DNA of 64,000 bases, taken from positions 38,752,001-38,816,000 of the forward strand of contig NC_086108.1 of the NCBI RefSeq assembly GCF_963921235.1, read 5' to 3'. Shown one piece after another: positions 60,828-64,000 of the stretch. Source of the stretch: Mobula hypostoma. Lineage: Eukaryota. The position numbers and the translations under genes were made by a program. Position 1 is the stretch's first letter. Each line of letters starts with the position of its first letter. The notes under the pieces were generated by a model, which was given only the letters and a program-made list of their open reading frames with translations, ran no database searches and had not been told where the DNA came from.

Positions 60828-62704
60828 GTAAGTTCCTCACTGTAATATTGTCTGTTGTACTTCTAATATTCTGCATTACCTCTACACGATTTGTGGATAT
60901 AAATTAATGAGATTTGAAATGCTAATTTGGGTCGATCTGTGCTGGCAACGTCCTTTAATATCATTTAAATCGTTCTTTCAAGCGCACGGAATCAATCGAT
61001 TGACTAATAAAGTTAATTTCACGTGTGTAGTGAAATTATCTTTACATGTGGTTTAGAATTTTATTTTAAATCTTAGCTAGAAGCGTTTGGGAACGTGCTG
61101 GGATGAATGGAGAGGCAACAATAGATAGAGGCAGGGGTCATATTGTATGCCGACAATTGCGAAACAGTCTTCTGAATCCGTCAAGATTTTGAATTAAGAC
61201 GATTTTTCAGGTTGAATTTACATGGGTCACAACCCGGCCACGAGGAATTTGAATTTTACCAAATCTATCTGAACGCCGCTTTCGAGGCAGTTAACGAGCT
61301 AGCTGTTTCTGACTGGGATTCCGCGAAGTTCTGCCTACAGTGTTTGTCTGATCTGGGTCACTTTATGCCGCCCAGATCTAGTAGATGCACACAGAAATCC
61401 AGTATTAGCTTTGTCCTTGTCCTTGTCACCCAGACAAAACTAATTGTCCGAAACAAAATGAACGCTTCTGAAGTAAAACTTGGATCATTCGTTTGCTTCA
61501 GATACATTATAATGTGATTTTGCTCGTCTAACTTGCTGCCTTCCAGCAGTTTAGCATAATAGGAAATGTTTCAAAAGACAGTTCTGATAGATTGTCAAAA
61601 TGATGAAGATGCGATCATTACGGAATTAACATGCATGCTAGATTTGTAAAGATATTCGTTTGCAATTGTGTATCTTGCGCCAATAGGCACTTCCGCGCCT
61701 TGTTTTCTAATCTTCCCAAACTAAACTTTAAGTGAAAATATTATAGCATTATATTTACGGGGGTCGATTATTTCGTCCAAAGTATTGACTGGCTAGCAGT
61801 CTTCAAAATTACGGAAAGTTCAGTTAAACATTTTCACGCCCCCTTGTGTACAAAATAATTGCATTTAAAGTAGCTTTTGCAGAGTTTAACGATTAATAGT
61901 CTTCGTTTTATTGGGGAAGTACCAGTCATAAGACTTTTTAAAAATTGAAGCCTATGTTTCTAAGTAACTTTGGAAGTCGAAAGCATTAAGTCTTCTCCCT
62001 CTAACTGTCCCAGAAACACCTTAAGGTCTTTATTTTAAAACCAATGAGGTATTTATAAAATGTGACTGTTACTTGTCGGAGAATAAGTAACTAATTTCAT
62101 TTGTTGTGCAATTTTGTTGTTTTGGGCAGCAGTACATTGCAAAACATAGTAATTACAATATTAATTAACTAGTAATTACAGTAAGTATATATAATTAAAT
62201 TAAGTAGTGCAGAAAGGGAAGGGATTTTGTTTCAAATGAGGTACACTGTCCATTCAGAAATCCGATGGTGGAGGGACAGAAGCTGTCCCTGAAACGACAG
62301 GCTCGTCTCACAAACAACAATGTGGTACTGCGATCACATGATGTCTGAGATGTAAATACGAGACAGCACACGTGGGAAGGATTAGGAAAAAAAAACGAAC
62401 GAACGAGAACTTTACCATTGTTTTTTTAAAATAATAAATACTATGGGATCTTTTACTACTGTAACCCAATTTAACATCTTCTCAAGCAGAGCAGTCCGAT
62501 ACTGCAACATGCAACTCTTTCACTGGTTGTGTTTAAGCTTCAAGAATGGGTCTTCAATCTGCAAATCATCCATTTTGAGCCACTTTCTGCAGCCTAAAAC
62601 AAACCAAGTTGTGTTTCTGCAAAGTCCAGCTGGAGTAGAAGAATCCCAAACGTAAAACACTCGTCGGGTGCAGTTTCTGAAAACAAATTAGACCAGACCT
62701 GTTT

Positions 62705-62842
62705 ATAAACGCAAGAGATTATGCAAATACTGGAAATCCGGAGCACCCCATAGAAAATGCTGGAGGAACTCAACAGGTCAGGCAGCATCTTTGGACAGGA
62801 ATAAACAGTTGACTTTTCTGGATGAGAGCCTTCACCAGGATT
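62705..62842 (-). mobile_element. Penelope-pLTR-derived short element (degenerate)
   Basis: AAAATGCTGGAGGAACTCAACAGGTCAGGCAGCATCT matches the 25419-25569 family. Confidence 0.7.
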
Positions 62843-62952
62843 TTTTTTATTGTTTAATTCTGAAAAATATTACTTTAACTCTTTTTCTATTTTTTATAAT
62901 TTTTCTTCCCCCCCCCCCATCCCACCCCTCTCTTCCCGGTAACCTTGCTAGT

Positions 62953-63203
62953 TTGTTATTTTTGCTATGTTTGTAACTCCAAAACATAAAAGCCAGTTTA
63001 AAGTAAAACATGGATCTGGGAGGTAATGCGTATCTAGTTTCATTTTTACTTTAAGCAAGGTGCATAAGTAATAACATGGTGTGATGATGTACACCATTCA
63101 TGTACTCTTACATATAACCTGTAATTAATTATTTAAACAAACAAGAGTGCTTAATCAAAGAATATATTTACAACATTGCAGTACTCAAATATTAAATACA
63201 CAA
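62953..63203 (-). repeat. Solo LTR related to the old Gypsy element at 1816-12113
   Basis: Shares TTTTACTTTA, CCATTCA.GT.CT, TGCTTAAT.AAA.AATATATTTACAA and AAATATTAAATACACAA with 11940-12113, and AACATAAAA...AAAGTAAAAC with 1816-1872. Confidence 0.65.
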
Positions 63204-63654
63204 TCATTTTCAGCAGTGTTTGATCCTTTTTCTGCAGCACTGTAGCACAGCACCTTCTGCTGACCCTTCAGCTGCAGTGAGGTGCCTGATTTTCAGCTTC
63301 CTCCACTTGTTTTTGGGACCTGGTTTGCTGACTGCATCTCCCTATTTCATTATCTATAAACCCACATTGCTAATACAATTAAAGTTAATAAAGCTGTTTC
63401 AAGGAAATGATGCTTGATGAGTCAGCCTCATCATCCAGTGTTCCAACTGGACAAACATGAGAGCTGATTTTGAAACATTTCTGGTATTAAAGGTGGTTAA
63501 TCTGTCTAATTTTAGGACATGATTAGGACCGTTTTAAGACAGTTCTGTGTATACATTTTAAAGGCAGAGTTTTGTTTTAATATGTATTTGCCTTTAATTG
63601 TATAACTTGAAAAATGTACTTTAGACAAACATTTCATTTTACACACACTATTTC

Positions 63655-64000
63655 ATTTTGCTCACAAGGCAGAGGGTGGTAGTAGATGGAGCATATTCTG
63701 CCTGGAGGTCAGTGACCAGTGGTATACTGCAGGGATCTGTTATGGGACCCCTGCTCTTTGAAATTTTTACATTTGGAAGCTTGCAGATGGCAAAAAGGTT
63801 GGTGATATTGTGGATAGAGTAGAAGGTTATAATGAAACATTGATTGGACGCAGAGCTGGGCTGAGAAGTGGCAGATGGAGTTCAATTGGGAAAAATGTAG
63901 AGTGATGCACTTTGGAAGGTTAAACTTGAAGGCCGAGTGCAGGGTTAATGCCAGGATTCTTAACAGTGTGGAAAAGCAGGGGGATCTTGGATTCTACATC
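63655..64000 (+). mobile_element. CR1 LINE RT fragment (runs off the window)
   Basis: VTSG..QGSV.GPLLF and WAEKWQMEFN motifs. Confidence 0.8.

Overview
Repeat-dense vertebrate genomic DNA. The repeat repertoire (CR1, Rex/Babar-type LINEs, Penelope-derived elements, HE1-like SINEs) suggests a cartilaginous fish such as a ray or shark; this is an inference. Host genes: the 5' half of ZBTB41 on the minus strand (CpG-island promoter and non-coding exon near 21.5 kb; six coding exons from 18778 to 12817 that splice in frame; later exons lie left of the window), and a probable first coding exon of the divergently transcribed CRB1 at 60749-60827, matching the known vertebrate ZBTB41-CRB1 neighbourhood. 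Most of the rest is nested mobile DNA. It includes four Ty3/Gypsy LTR elements (one with PNMA-like Gag and a tRNA-Pro PBS; one full-length with ATGT TSD, tRNA-Trp PBS and a -1 frameshift cassette), a Penelope element plus short derivatives carrying minimal hammerhead-ribozyme motifs, a non-autonomous Helitron retaining 23-aa STPR-like repeats, hAT, PIF/Harbinger and Tigger DNA transposons, a Tx1-like LINE inside the Tigger, and many LINE/SINE fragments. No prokaryotic features, CRISPR arrays, rRNA or tRNA genes were seen. All family assignments come from motif recognition, without database searches.
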